64,000 nucleotides of DNA, from NCBI RefSeq assembly GCF_018977255.1, contig NW_024704742.1, positions 105,216,001 through 105,280,000 of the forward strand. The letters are read 5' to 3'. The notes beneath the pieces are model-generated. The model had not been told where the DNA came from. It saw nothing but the letters and a program-made list of their open reading frames with translations, and ran no database searches. Below, piece by piece: positions 40,134-53,254 of the stretch (position 1 is the stretch's first letter; each line of letters begins with the position of its first letter). The position numbers and the translations under genes are program-made. Origin of the DNA: Callorhinchus milii (lineage: Eukaryota).

Positions 40134-40375
40134 GTGGAGACCTGTAGCTCAGTGGTTAGAGCACTCGCTTTGCAAGCGAGAGACCTGAGTTCGATTCCCA
40201 GCAGGGTGAACTTTGGGCAAGTTTCCTTACTCCACACGCCTGATAATATTCCCTCAAAAAAAACAATAATAAATTGGTCATTTCAATCCACGACTGTTTG
40301 TGGGACACTGCTGTGCGCAATTGGCTGCCGCATTTCGCCCACAAATATATATAATACAAGGATTATTATTATTAC
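40134..40375 (+). mobile_element. tRNA-Ala SINE with a 3' internal deletion
   Basis: Same head and body; the tail stem-loop is missing. Confidence 0.85.
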
Positions 40376-40475
40376 TATAATGCCAATGCAAATAGAAAGT
40401 TGCTGGTGTGATTTTTTTTCACATCTGCTGCTATTGATGCTTAGACAGATGTTGAATTGTAACTAGTGCAAAATA

Positions 40476-40667
40476 GTGGAGTCCTGTAGCTCAGTGGTTA
40501 GAGCACTCGCTTTGCAAGCGAGAGACCTGAGTTCAATTCCAGGCAGGTCAGGGTGAAACCTTGGGCAAGTTTCCTTGCTCCACACACCTAATAATAATCC
40601 CTCCAAAACAAAACAATAATAAATTGGTCATTTTCAATCTATGACTGTTTGTGGGACATTGCTGTGG
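40476..40667 (+). mobile_element. tRNA-Ala SINE, 3'-truncated
   Basis: Same head and 5' body. Confidence 0.85.
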
Positions 40668-42040
40668 TTGGCCATCAGACATGTAGCCCCAATTGTCAAA
40701 CTTAAAAAAGAAAGTATCAATTATAGTAACTTGTATTTGAATTTATCCTTTCTTGTTTGATTAATGTCCCGAGGTGCGTCACGGTGACTATGGGGAAAAC
40801 CCAGCAGGGAAACCCTCGAGAAGTTTACAGTCCAGAGAAATGGAGGGAAAGTTTGATGACGTTGGTCACAGCCGGAGTTATTTTGGGGAACGTTTTGAAG
40901 GCACGAGGTGAAGGAATTTGGGGAAAAAGTTCCAGAATTTCTAGGGATAGAGCCTGAAGGATGAACACTTTTCCAATCCATCACTACTTGACACTGCTGT
41001 GCACAATTGGCAGCCTCGTTTTGCCCACAAAATACATAGTCAATCCACTTTACAATATATTCTGTGAAGTCCTCCAAGACATCTCAATGACGTGATAAGG
41101 TGCTATATCATATCAGGATTATTATTATTGATACAAGTGTGGCTTTCCTTTGCAGTAGGGTTTCATCCGGAAAGAAAACTGGAAAGTATACAAGGTTTTA
41201 TCTATTCAAATTGGTTATTTGTGTAATAATGCTGAATTAAATGGCTGCTATTAACTTCTGTTGCGAGTTGGTGCTGTGCAAAGCTACTGTTTCAATGGAT
41301 GGCCCAGCAGGGTGATGGCATAGCATGCAGCATCACCTCAGAACACTGCTGAGCACCGGCAGTCACGGGAGATGTGATTTGGACATTGGTGCACGACAAG
41401 AGTAATGAAAGCTATGACGAGCATTGGAAAAAGATCAGTAAGATAAGATGTCTGATGTACAAAAAATCAGTGCGGTTTTGATCGCTCAGCAGCTCCTTGG
41501 AGTATTCGTTTAATAAGCAACTTCCATCCCTGTCCATTTGCTGTCAGCACACATCTTATCAGGGGAATTCTGTACTTCTCAGTAACCAGTGGGTGGGCTG
41601 CCTTGCACATACTAACAGTCAAGCAATGTAGTGTAAGTGCTTCCTATTCCTCTGTGGGATTTGTTTCTCCTGGATGATTTGCACGAGGTAGCTAATCTAG
41701 TCTAACACAGTACAAACCCAGGGTGAATTTGGCAGTTTCCCTGAAGGAATAGCTGTCTTGAGGCAGGTTTACCTCTGTGTTGGTGTACCCTTTCCTTCAT
41801 TATCTGACTATCTCGTTGTCAAGTCTTCTCCCAGATTTTTCTTCTCCAGAGCTTTAGAGTTTGTTACAGAAGTGTGTGTTTCCACAGGCATGACTTGATT
41901 CAGAGGAGGAATTAGGATTCTATTACCAAAGGAAAATGTCTTCTTCTATACAAGAATGATGCCAACTTTCCCTCCTCGTGATCTGCAATAGATTAGAACG
42001 ATCATTTATTTAGGTCAGAAAAGAGTTGTGTATCAGTCTT

Positions 42041-42359
42041 GTGCAGTCCTGTAACTCAGTGGTTAGAGCACTCGCTTTGCAAGCGAGAGACCTGAGTTCA
42101 ATTCCAGGCAGAGGGCGAAATCTTGGGCAAGTTTCCTTACTCCACACACCTAATAATAATCCCTCCAAAAAACAAAAAATAATAAATTGGTCATTTTCAA
42201 TCTACGACTGTTTGTGGGACATTGCTGTGCGCAATTGGCTGCCGCGTTCGCCCACAAATATACCGTCAATTCACTTTACAGTGTGTTCTGTGAAGTGCTT
42301 TGGGACGTCCTCCCGACGTGAAAAGCGCTATATCAAATACAAGGATTATTATTATTATT
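42041..42359 (+). mobile_element. Young tRNA-Ala SINE, short form
   Basis: Full length; tail loop CTCCC. Confidence 0.9.
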
Positions 42360-42944
42360 GTTGTTGGTTTTGGATGAGTCCTGGGAAATGGAGTTGGGAG
42401 GTAAGCGGTATTGGAGGCAGGTTCCTGAGACAATGGGTCCTCAGTGATCAAAGCCACTGATGATGATAGACCAGCCTATCTGGCTCACTGCCAGTATCGG
42501 AGAGGCAGAGTAGTCCCTTAGCGCAGGGATTCTTCAGACTTGACTCCTGTTAATCCTGCAAGTCAAAGTACCAATGAGTAGAGTACTGTTAGTTTGGACA
42601 GTGCTCTCAATGGCAAGTTATGCAGGTTTAGCTGGTTAAACAACAAGAAGTTGCACTTATATAGTACCCTTCAAGCGGGCTGGTGTCTCGGAGAAGTAAA
42701 CTCCAGCAATACCCCAATGTACACTCTGGGGTGACCAAGCTTTGACTCTTTCAACCGGTGCCTGATGATTTCTGGAATTAGCAGGTTGCATATTTCCGTG
42801 AGAGAGTGCATAATTCATTGCAAAATGGGAATGTTTTTATGCGAGTATGCGGAACTTTGTCTAGTTTGGATACTCTTAAGCATGGTGATGGGTTTCCGAC
42901 ATCTCAGCGCCTTGGGAGATCCTCCCAACAAGGCAAGGTACTCG

Positions 42945-43525
42945 ATATGACTATGCAAACTTCGTGCTTGTCGGCCTCCCCAACTCCTCCCTCCATAGAC
43001 TGCAGATCATCCAGAACTCTGCAGCATGTGTCCTCTCCTGCACCAGGCTCCATGATCCTATAACCCCCATCCTTGCCTGACTCCACTTTCCATCACACAG
43101 AGGATACAGTTCAAGATGCTGGTCCTCACCTTCAAAGCCCTCATGGTCTTGCTCCCCACTACCTCTGCGACCTCCTTAACCCCTACCAACCTACCCCTCC
43201 CTCCGCCCAGCAGGCTCTGGCCTGCTTCACGTTCCCCCACCTCGCCCGCCCACCATTGGCGGGCAAGCCTTCAGCCACTCTGCCCCCCCGCTCTCTGGAA
43301 CTCCATCCCACAGTCCCTCCGCCTCACCCCCTATCTTGCCTCCTTCAAGACCAGTCTCAAGACCCTCCTCTTTGATTGTGCCTTCGATCACCCTCCTTCT
43401 CCCCCTGCCTTTCTCCCTCCCCGATCTCGATCCCCAGCTCGGGTCCGAAACACTGACTATCCAGCACCTTGGATGTCCTCCTGACGTGAAAGGTGCTAAA
43501 CAAATGTAATTTTGTTGTTTTGTTG
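42945..43525 (+). mobile_element. L2 LINE 3' fragment
   Basis: LVLTFKAL...LWNSIPQSLRL motifs and tail. Confidence 0.85.
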
Positions 43526-43806
43526 TATATACGCAATTTTTGTAATGCACCTGCCTCACCAATGTTTATTCAAATAATTTTGCAGTCTAGAAATTTAGCA
43601 GGTGTGATATTCTGTAATCCTTTGTACTGTCAAAATATTCTTGTTGTATAGCCTGTTCAGGACTCAATTTAGCTTAAATTTCTAGACTGCAACATTATTC
43701 GAATAAACATTGGTGAAAAATGTCCTGTCCTAAACAGGGCAGAAAAACTCACTTCCTTAATATTGCCAGCATTACAGGTACTAATTTGTCATTTTTTGCA
43801 TTTCAG

Positions 43807-43929
43807 GTCTTCTCTCATTTGTCGTTGAAGGAACGGTGCCTTTCAGCATCTTTAGTCTGCAAGTACTGGCGTGATCTTGGTTTAGATTTTCAGTTTTGGA
43901 AACAGCTAGACCTCAGTGGGCGACAGCAG
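43807..43929 (+). CDS. FBXL17: FBXL17-family coding exon 2 (F-box body)
   Basis: Acceptor tttcag|, donor CAG|gtatga; 123 nt, phase 0-0. Translation VFSHLSLKERCLSASLVCKYWRDLGLDFQFWKQLDLSGRQQ continues the F-box in frame. Confidence 0.95.
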
Positions 43930-44130
43930 GTATGAAATTGTGCAGTTGTGATACTCAAAGAAAGTCAATACACCATTGTTTGTAATTGTTATTAGCAAGA
44001 AAGGAAGCAGGTGTCAAGATATATGTCATATAAGTTATATACGTAAACTATTTTGACAGAGGAAGGAAATATTTGCTTATTTCTTTACAGTACCCAGAAC
44101 ACTGTTTTTTGCTCACGTGTCCAACGTTAC

Positions 44131-44470
44131 ATAATAATAATCCCTGCATTTGATATAGCGCCTTATCGCCTCTTCGAGACGTCTCAAAGAGCTTTGCAGA
44201 ATATACTGTAAAGTGAATTGACTGTATATTTTGTGCGCACAGCAGTGTCCCGCAAACAGTCGTGGATTCAAGTAATCAATTTTTTTTTAAAGGAATTATT
44301 ACTCCCGAAAAAGCGATCCGTCAGTCAACTAACATTCCTACTACTTCCTACTACTTGGTAAACAGGCGTGTTGAGTAAGGAAACTTGCCCAAGATATCCC
44401 CCTGCCAGGAATCGAACCCAAGTCTCGCTTGTGAGTCGAGTGCTGTAACCACTGAGCTACAGGACTTCAT
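44131..44470 (-). mobile_element. tRNA-derived SINE, long form, older
   Basis: Reverse complement has the head, the long linker and the tail. Confidence 0.8.
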
Positions 44471-44920
44471 GCATGTCTGATATTCTGGGTGTGTGCCTAC
44501 AGTAATCCCTAGAAAATGTGAAGTTTATTAAGCTAATTCTCATAAATAACCAGGTTCAAAAATACTATAATTTTAAATCCGTTCTGCCATTCCTTTAATG
44601 TGGTTGCTCAGGACCTTGCCGCCTCCTTCACTTGAGCGAGTGGGTTGATATGTGATGCACACAGCTTGTGTTGACTCTTGTCAGTAGGACATGACGTGCA
44701 CAATTCAGGTTTGCTTCTCTCTCTGCCTCAGTATGAAACAGTCAATTGGTGAATGTGACTGAACACCTTTGGTCTTTTCCTCCTCATGCTCCCCAGTGAG
44801 AAAAAATCCACAGCAAGAATGTTTGCTTAGGGCACGTGTGCTAAAGATTTCCGTACTCTTCTTTCCTATCCTCAGCATTGCCTGAGCTCCTGCACCATCA
44901 ACCTTCTACAGTCAACAGTC

Positions 44921-45231
44921 GTGGAGTCCTGTAGCTCAGTGGTTAGAGCACTCGCTTTACAAGTGAGAGAGTTCAATTCCAGGCAGGGCGAAACCTTGGG
45001 CAAGTTTCCTTACTCCACACGCCTAATAATAATCCCTCCAAAAAAACTAAACAATAATAAATTGGTCATTTTCAATCCACGACTGTTTGTGGGACACTGC
45101 TGTGCGCAATTGGCTGCCGCGTTCGCCCACAAATATACAGTCAATTCACTTTACAGTATATTCTGTGAAGCGCTTTGGGACGTCTAGAAGACGTGAAAAG
45201 CGCTATATCAAATGCAAGGATTATTATTATT
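44921..45231 (+). mobile_element. Young tRNA-derived SINE, short form
   Basis: Full length; tail loop TAGAA. Confidence 0.9.
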
Positions 45232-46446
45232 TATTAACAGACTGAACAGAGGCAAAGCAGTGAACAAGGGGAGAGAGTGAGAACAAAAAGAGGAAAAAAG
45301 GGACATCAAATAATTTGTTTTCTTCCCTTTGTCATTTTTGATCTGCCTTGCATGTGAGAGAATTAGCTATAGATATACAGTTGATAATACAAACAAACAG
45401 AACAACATGCCTGGTCTGCACTTGGCAGCTTCCCAGGGTAGCACGTTTGAGATCAGGAGCTCATGGTGAGTAGAATCAATGTGCGCAGAGCTGGGTCTTG
45501 ATCTCCACTTTGCAGCTTTGTTTTGATGCAAAGTGTGTGCTACTTTTTGGAGGCAAAAAGCTGGGGAATAAATAGAAATCCTTAAACTGCTGTAGCCTGC
45601 CAGCCCGTAACTTGTACATCTTAAAAAGGCTTCTTGACTTTTTCCCATCTGGGGTTTTGCACAACTGAAATACGATCCCATCTGCTGCACAATGCAAGCT
45701 CCTGGCTCACCTCGGGCAAACACCACACATGTTACTTGAAGTTTGAGAATGTGGGAGTTATTTGAATTGGAAATCCCAGATTGTGAGAAGGTGTCTTGTT
45801 TTGCTGCCAATCAAACATAGAGAAGAAACTGTTTGGGGATAAGGAAAATTCATGAGTGACTTGAGTCAAATATGGCAGCCACTTGTTGTAAGCAAAGTTC
45901 TGTAAATATTAATGAATTATGAAATCTGAAGGATTTTTGGTAAGGATGCTGGGAGAGACTTCCTTCTGTTTTCTTTCTTGGAAATTAAATACAATACAGT
46001 TTACATTTATATATCACCTTTCATGTCGAGAGGACATCTCAAAGCTCTTTACATTGCTGGATGGTCAGACAAGATGGGGGTGGAGGTGGTGGTGGGAGCT
46101 GAAGGGGTTTGGGAGGGGAAAGATGACTGAACATACACAAGGTGATAACTAACCATTTGAGTTGAGAGATGTAGACCAGGTGCCAGAATGCCATTTGAAT
46201 ACGATCTGTTCTTTTCACAGTTCCTCACCGCAATTGAAATATTATAAAATTTGCTGATGCGACCAAACTACATGATAGCCCACATTCAAGCAGATCTGGG
46301 GAAATTAAGCAGTCAGACTGAAGAATGCGATGAATTCTGCCCTCTGTCTCTTTTTGAACGCATTACCTCACTGCCTTAGCTCTGGAGGTTTTCTGGAGGA
46401 GAATGCAATTGCTGAGATTTCTGATTTATTCTTGTCCTGTATTCAT

Positions 46447-46813
46447 TGGAATCCTGTAGCTCAGTGGTTAGAGCACTCGCCTCGCAAGCGAGAGACCTGG
46501 GTTTGATTCCAGGCAGGGCGAAATGTTGGGCAAGTTTCCTTACTCCACACGCCTCTGTTTACCTAGTAGTAAGTAGGAATCAGGTTGTTAGTCGATTGGC
46601 AGATTGCTCTTTTGGGGATAATAATCCCTCAAAAAAGTAATAATAATTTGGTCATTCAATCCACGACTGTTTGTGGGACACTGCTGTGTGCAATTGGCTG
46701 CTGCTTTTCGCCCACAAATATACAGTCAATTCACTTTACAGTATATTCTGTGAAGCGCTTTGAGACATGAAAAGCGCAATATCAAATGCAAGGATGATTA
46801 TTATTATTATTAT
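46447..46813 (+). mobile_element. tRNA-derived SINE, long form
   Basis: Head, then CCACACGCCTCTGTTTACCTAGTAGTAAGTAGG linker, then Deu-like body and (TTA)n. Confidence 0.88.
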
Positions 46814-47224
46814 TGTGTTGTGCACTCCAGAGTATGTACTGGATGTGCAGTTGAGATTATCTAGTAGAAAATGAATTGAGTTAAAGCTGTTCTTTAATTA
46901 CAGTGATGGGAAGGTTTATTGATATAATTATAGAACAGCAGGTATTAATATGTTAACTGACCCTTTTAGATGAATCATTATTGGAATAGCATTTGCGGAG
47001 GTGAGAAGAGGGATTTCAGTTGGCTGCTTAAGTGTATCTTCTCCGTAGCATCTCAAACTACGCTTTTGAAATGGAAATTACACATATTATAGTACATGCC
47101 TAAACTGCCATAGAAATGAATTTGGAAGGCAAATTCAGCTTTATAAAAATTGTGTACTTGGATTGAGACTTCTATATGGACTGTGTAACAAAAGTGTACA
47201 TTCATTTCTATAGGTCATAACAGT

Positions 47225-47769
47225 TCATTCAGAACTCTGCAGCTCGTGTACGTCCCGCACCAGGCTTCGGGAACACATCACTCCCACCCTCGCTCGCCTC
47301 CACTGGCTCCCCATCCCCCAGAGGATCGAATTCAAGATCCTCACCCTCACCTACAAGGCCATTCACGGCCTTGCTCCCTCCTACCTCTCCGACCTACTAT
47401 CCCCCTACCTACCTGCCCGTACCCTCCGTTCCTCTGGCTCCGGTCTGCTCCACATCCCCCGCCCCAACCGCCCTACTATCGGTGGTCGGGCCTTCAGCCT
47501 CTCAGCCCCAGGCTCTGGAACTCTATCCCCAGTGCCTTCGCCGCCTCCTCCCTTTCCTCCTTCAAGGCCGGTCTCAAGACCTTTCTCTTTGACCGTGCCT
47601 TCAGCTCCCCTCTCGACTGTCTACCCCCTCCTCGCTCCCTCCCTTCCCTCCCCTCACCCTGACCATTTCCCCCCTGCTCGGGTCCTGACCCAACTGTACA
47701 GCGCCTTGGGACGTCCTCCCAACGTGAAAGGCGCTCAATAAATGGAATCTTGTTGTTGTTGTTGTTGTT
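47225..47769 (+). mobile_element. Young L2 LINE 3' fragment
   Basis: LWNSIP...FKAGLKTFLFDRAF motif and (TTG)n tail; 3' UTR nearly identical to 62711-62920. Confidence 0.9.
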
Positions 47770-48924
47770 TAACGCTATTGTATGAATTCTCCAAAGCAGC
47801 TTCTTAGGTACTTCGAACATCAAACTTATTTTATTATGTAGCAATAGAAATTTAACTCATTATAATATTATTATGTTGCATTTATTACCTTATGTTCATG
47901 GATAATTTAGTGTATAAGTTTAGCCCACAAAATATTCACTTTACAGTATATTCAGTGAAGCTTTTTGAGACATCTTGAAGATGTGATATAGTACTATATC
48001 AAATGGAATGATTATTGTTATGTTATAGGATGAGTCAGGCCTATTTTGATCTTCTCCTCTCTTAAACGAGTTTTGACTTTTTCATCTTTTCAGTGGTATG
48101 GTTCTGCAGCAGCCAGATACCCTTTGGTAGCATGATCATGTGTGAACTTCAACCTTCAGTATAGCCAGACGATTCAACTTTGGAGAAGTGCATTGCGCCT
48201 ATATCCATTCCTGTCCTTGTATGATACCCAAATATTTATGCCTCCAGCAGCAGTTGCTTGATAGCTTCCAGCAGTGGGAACCCTGGCTGAGTTTGAACTT
48301 TGGCTCATTTGGTCTCCCTTGTCCATAAAGCAATCTTACTGCTGGCCTGGCTGAGGCCAGCCAACTTTGGCACAGACAGGAGCTAGAACCTGGGATCTGC
48401 CCATACGGCTCAGCTCCTCACTGGTTGAAATCATTGAGTCATCGAGGGACTTTGCCTACAACAATAGAATCCCAATAAAGAGTACTTCATTTTAGGTCGG
48501 TTTTGCTTCCAGGGTTGTGGACCTCGAAATTAACTTACCCGAAAAAAAGATGAAAATGTATATGCAGACTCATTAGCACTTCAAAAAGCTGACTTGAGAA
48601 CCAACGTGCATTAAGTGACATTGACAGAGACCAAATGACCTGGAAGGCAGCCATCGTGGCTTCCTTTGTGTTGCTTGCTCAAGCATTGATAGAGTCAGAT
48701 GTCTTTCTGTGCTCATGCACAGTGAATGCAGAAACGCTGAACACCCCCTGTTATAGCAGTGGTTCGGATGTTATGGATTCTCAAGTATTCTGTGTTATGG
48801 GGTAGGGGGGTGGGGGCTCCTAATGGGTGCGGAGTCAGTTCACCAATCACGTGGAGAATTGGGAAGGAATACTAAAAATCTTCAACTGAAAAGAGAGTTT
48901 AGAAAAGAGTGTATAATCAAACAA

Positions 48925-49212
48925 CGTCCTTCGGATGAGACATTAAACCGAGGTCCCATCTGCCTGTTCAGGTGGATGTTAAAGATCCCAAGGCAATATT
49001 TGAAAAGGGAAGGAGTTTTTTCTGGTGTCCTGGTCAACATTTCCTCAAATAAAATTTGTCATTCACTTCATGACCATTTGTGGGACATTACTATGCAAAA
49101 TTGTCTGCTGGGTTTGCTCACAAATACGCAGTCATTCCACTTCACAGTAGATCTTGTGAAACGTTTTGGGATGTCCCACAGATGTGAAAGGAGCTACACC
49201 AAATGCAAGGAT
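48925..49212 (+). mobile_element. DeuSINE (SacSINE1-like) Deu domain and tail
   Basis: GGATGAGACATTAAACCGAGGTCCCATCTGCCTGTTCAGGTGGATGTTAAAGATCCCA. Confidence 0.8.
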
Positions 49213-49836
49213 GGTAAAACTTCTGCACATCCTGTGTGAAGCAAAATAGAAGAAATATTTTTCACCTTTTTTTGAACAGAGTCCACGCAGTGGTGGGAGG
49301 TATTTCTCTGTTTTTATGCTAGTTATAGTTTTAGCTAAATATTGGCAACTAATGTTTTCCCCTCATCTGCCTTCCCGATCACACAAGCAAATCATTTGTA
49401 TAAACAGAGACTTCCTACCATTCAAAGGTTGAAATGCGCCAATATGCTGAGAATGGATAAGCTGGAAAATTGAACTGTGGTGTTGATGTGCAGCTTTCCG
49501 GCTGATTTGTTTTTATTTACTTTATAGTGTTCAATTTCCTGCTTTGCTGCCACCTTGACTTTCTTAGTTAAATATTGTTCAGATGCAGGTCAAAAGCTGA
49601 TTCAGTAATTTTCCAAAAGCCCAAACTGAAACACAAACAGATGTCTGCTCCACTATAAAATGACTAGCTTTGTGACATTTATTTTGAGGTGTAGATTTAT
49701 GAAGGCTAGTTTATTTCTAAGCTTTACATCAAAGTGTAATATTAATGAAGATTGGATGTGTTCCTGGAATCAATTGTTGCCTTTAAAAAATTGTATATGA
49801 GCTTCTTGGTAAAGTCATTTTATTCTTATTTGACAG

Positions 49837-50094
49837 ATCAATGATGAAATACTAACGAGGATTGCAGCGAAGAGTCGTAACACAATGCAAATTAATATTT
49901 CTGATTGTCGAAACATCTCGGATACAGGAGTGAATTCCATAGCATCGCAAAGCCCAGGACTTCACAAGTATATAGCATATCGATGCAAACAGCTGAGTGA
50001 TGACTCTCTCATTGGGATTGCATCACATTGCCCTTTCCTGCAGAAAGTGCACGTGGGGAACCAGGATCAACTCACAGATGAATCCCTACGACAG
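49837..50094 (+). CDS. FBXL17: FBXL17-family coding exon 3 (leucine-rich repeats); gene continues beyond the window
   Basis: Acceptor tttgacag|, donor CAG|gtataa; 258 nt, phase 0-0. Translation INDEILTRIAAKSRNTMQINISDCRNISDTG...AYRCKQLSD...HCPFLQKVHVGNQDQLTDESLRQ. Confidence 0.95.
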
Positions 50095-50704
50095 GTATAA
50101 TCAAACACTTAACCTATAAAATCAGTAGAAGGTGCTCTTGGCAGAATGATATGATGGGTAGAAATCTGAGAGTGTAACATACAACAGAGGCAAGTGTTAT
50201 TTTTGTAATTTATCTTGGTACCTTTTTTGATCAATATTTTGTTGCCTTTTTTCTTGGAATAAAATGAACTACAGACAGTGCTGCTCAGTAAATCTTTAAA
50301 TCTGTGAATATGAGACTAGGATATCTTGGTTCGACTGAGTGAGATGGATTTGTAAGCCCTGGCTGGAGAGCAATATGTCTTTTTTTTCCCCATTTCCTTG
50401 GGTAGTTTGCTTCATGTCTATCAGGTTTTATCCACAACATCTGCAAGAGGCATTTGGGTCACTGTGTTAGTGTAGTAGAATTGGGTTTTCTCTTTACTAT
50501 GGATGTAGCCGAGATGGGGCTTTTTGTGTAACAAAGGCACACAAACAATCTCTTGAATTCAAATGCACTGTATTTTTTTGTTGTTTTATTTCTTGATAAT
50601 TTTGCATAGCTTCAAAATCAACAAAAATAAGAAGTGGATGATTTTTTTCTTTTATAGGGCACATTGAACAAACTAACAGTACTGGTGACGACACTATACA
50701 ATAT

Positions 50705-51110
50705 AATACAATGCAATTTACATTTAGATAGCACCTTTCACGTTGGGAGGGTACCCCAAGCACATACCCAGTGGGGCAAGATGACCAAAAGTGTGGTCAA
50801 AGAGGTACATGTTGAAACATTCCTTGAAAGACGGGAGGAAGCAAGTCGGAGGAGCTCCGGGCAGGAGTTCCAGCGAGAAGGAGCTGAATTGCTAAAAGCT
50901 CGCCTGTATAAGGAAGGGGACATGAAGCAGAGAGAAAGAAATGGCTAGGTTAGTAGGGTTGAAGGAGGTGCAGAAGTAGGGTGGGGTGGGACCATAGAGG
51001 GATTTACAAGTGTGAACGAGGATTCTGAACTTCATCTGCTGGGGGATAGGGAGCCATTGGAGTTGGGTGAGGATGGGATGAAGGGCTTGTGGAGCCTGAC
51101 ACAGGAGAAG
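50705..51110 (-). mobile_element. Old L2 3' fragment
   Basis: RRAFSNSAPSRWNS motif and tail. Confidence 0.7.
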
Positions 51111-51219
51111 ACAAAGGCTCAGAAGGAACTATAACAAGTTTCAAAAAAGAACTGGCAGGTTCATGAATGATGATTCATGAACCTTTAACGAGGAATCATT
51201 AAAGATTTCTCTTTAATAT

Positions 51220-52196
51220 CTATATGCTCCTCTTGGTGACATCATCCTCAGACATGGGGTCAACTTCCACATGTATGCGGATGACACCCAACTCTATCTC
51301 TCTGCCTCCACCCTCAACTCCAGGACCACTACTGTCCTGACAGACTGCCTGTCGGACATCAAGTCCTGGATGAGGGTAAATTTCCCACAGTTGAATATGA
51401 ACAAGACTGAGGCCCTCCTGATTGGCTCCCGCCAGCCTCCATGGTTGCACACTACAACTCACCAGCCAGTCAGGAACCTGGGTGTCTTGTTCGACCCTCA
51501 ACTGTCTTTTCTCCCTCATATTCAAGCCGTGACCCGCTCTGCCTTCGCTCACCTCCGTAACATCGTCCGACTGTGCCACCACCTCACCCCTCAGGCCACT
51601 GAAACTCTTGTTCATGCCTTCATCACCTCCAGCTCGACTATGCAAACTCCCTGCTTGTCAGCCTTCCCAACTCCTCCTTCTATAGATAATCCAGAACTCT
51701 GCAGCCCGTGTCCTCTCCCTCACCAAACTCCGTGACCCCATCACCCCCACTCTCGCCCGACTCCATTGGCTCCCTATCCTTCAGAGGATCCAGTTCAAGA
51801 TCCTGGTCCTCACATACAAAACCCTCCATGGCCTCGCCCCACCCTACCTCTGCGACCTCCTAACCCCCTACTAACCTGCCCGTTCACTCCGCTCAGCCGG
51901 CTCCGGCCTGCTCCACATCCCCCAACCCACCCCAACATTGGCGGGAGAGCCTTCAGCCACTTTGCCCCCAATCTCTGGAATTCAATCCCCCAGTCACTTC
52001 GCCTCACCCCCTCCTTAGCCTCTTTCAAGTCCCGCCTCAAGACCCTCCTTTTCGACCATGCCATCGGTCATCCCCCTTACCCTCCCCTCCCTTCTCTCCG
52101 CCTGACCCCAGCTCGGGTCTGAAATGTTGTACACTGCCTTGGGACATCCTCCTGACGTGAAAGGCGCTATACAAATGTAATCTTGTTGTTGTTGAT
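51220..52196 (+). mobile_element. L2 LINE 3' fragment
   Basis: MYADDTQLY...VRNLGVLFDPQLSF motifs and tail. Confidence 0.9.
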
Positions 52197-53254
52197 GATA
52201 AGATAGATGTGTTGGAGGAATCATGAGGGAATTGGACAATACATGGAACAATAGTGCGCTGTTCCTGTGTGTTATTTTTGTTTGTAATTTAAGCATAGTC
52301 GGCACATTTTTATTCTTTTTAAACAAAGTTTGTTGCTTTACTAGTGTTTTCTGTGTGATTGAGATTGAGAGCCGACAGTATGTGGTCCCACCAGTATATC
52401 CCAACAGTATATATCAGTGACCTTTCTCCAGGAACGTTCAGTTCTACCTGGGTGAACTTGGCTACAAACCATTTCGATTCAACTAAATGGTGGGTTCAAC
52501 CTTGAGATGTGCAGAAAAATGTTTTAAACTGTTGCAGCATTGTGATTATCAAGAGTTGTAGGCCTGAGTTTTGTTCAAATAGTTTCTTTATTTTTGGAGG
52601 ATGTGCTCAGTGAGGAAGTTGCTCAGTGTGTAAATGTGTGCAGTGTGGCCTAAAGATGCACAGACAGGAAAGGTCTCGGGTTCAATCCTTGACCCCAGTA
52701 CTCATGAGGGTAGACTGCCAAAGTCGGAGATTGTTGTCTAATTAAATGTGCACATACACACTTACGTGTATGAATATCCTGTTTGGTGCGCAGCAGGTCG
52801 GTGACTGGCTAAAGCTTCTCTGAATTAGAGACGTCATGATATAGGGAGCATGATTGACATTGACATTCTTGTTTCGGCTGGCGGGGGGGAGGTGAGGGGG
52901 GAAGTAGCAAGATGGTAATTTGCTATGGTTCGCACTCCTGAGCTTTGTCAAATGGTCTCTCTGGGGGGTGGGGGCCCACACGCGTGAAGGCAATTTTCGT
53001 GTGTGGTGCGTGTGTATTCCCAGAGCTTTCTCTCCTTTTACCAGAAGAAAAGTAGTTAAATAAACTGAAGAGAGCCACCTGGAGAGAGTTCTGCGTAGTT
53101 TGTGAAAGGCTGGACATGTGGTTCACGTATCCAAATGACAGTTATTTTCTTGTTTTGTCACAATTAGGTTGGCTACTGTTCTAGCTATTTTGTTCTATTT
53201 TGTCACTCAAATATGATGATTTCAATGCATAAAGCTGAGTAATTTCATATGATG

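Noticed and set aside
45367..45810. 147-aa antisense intronic ORF
   Set aside because: Non-ATG start, no recognisable motif and no supporting splice pattern.
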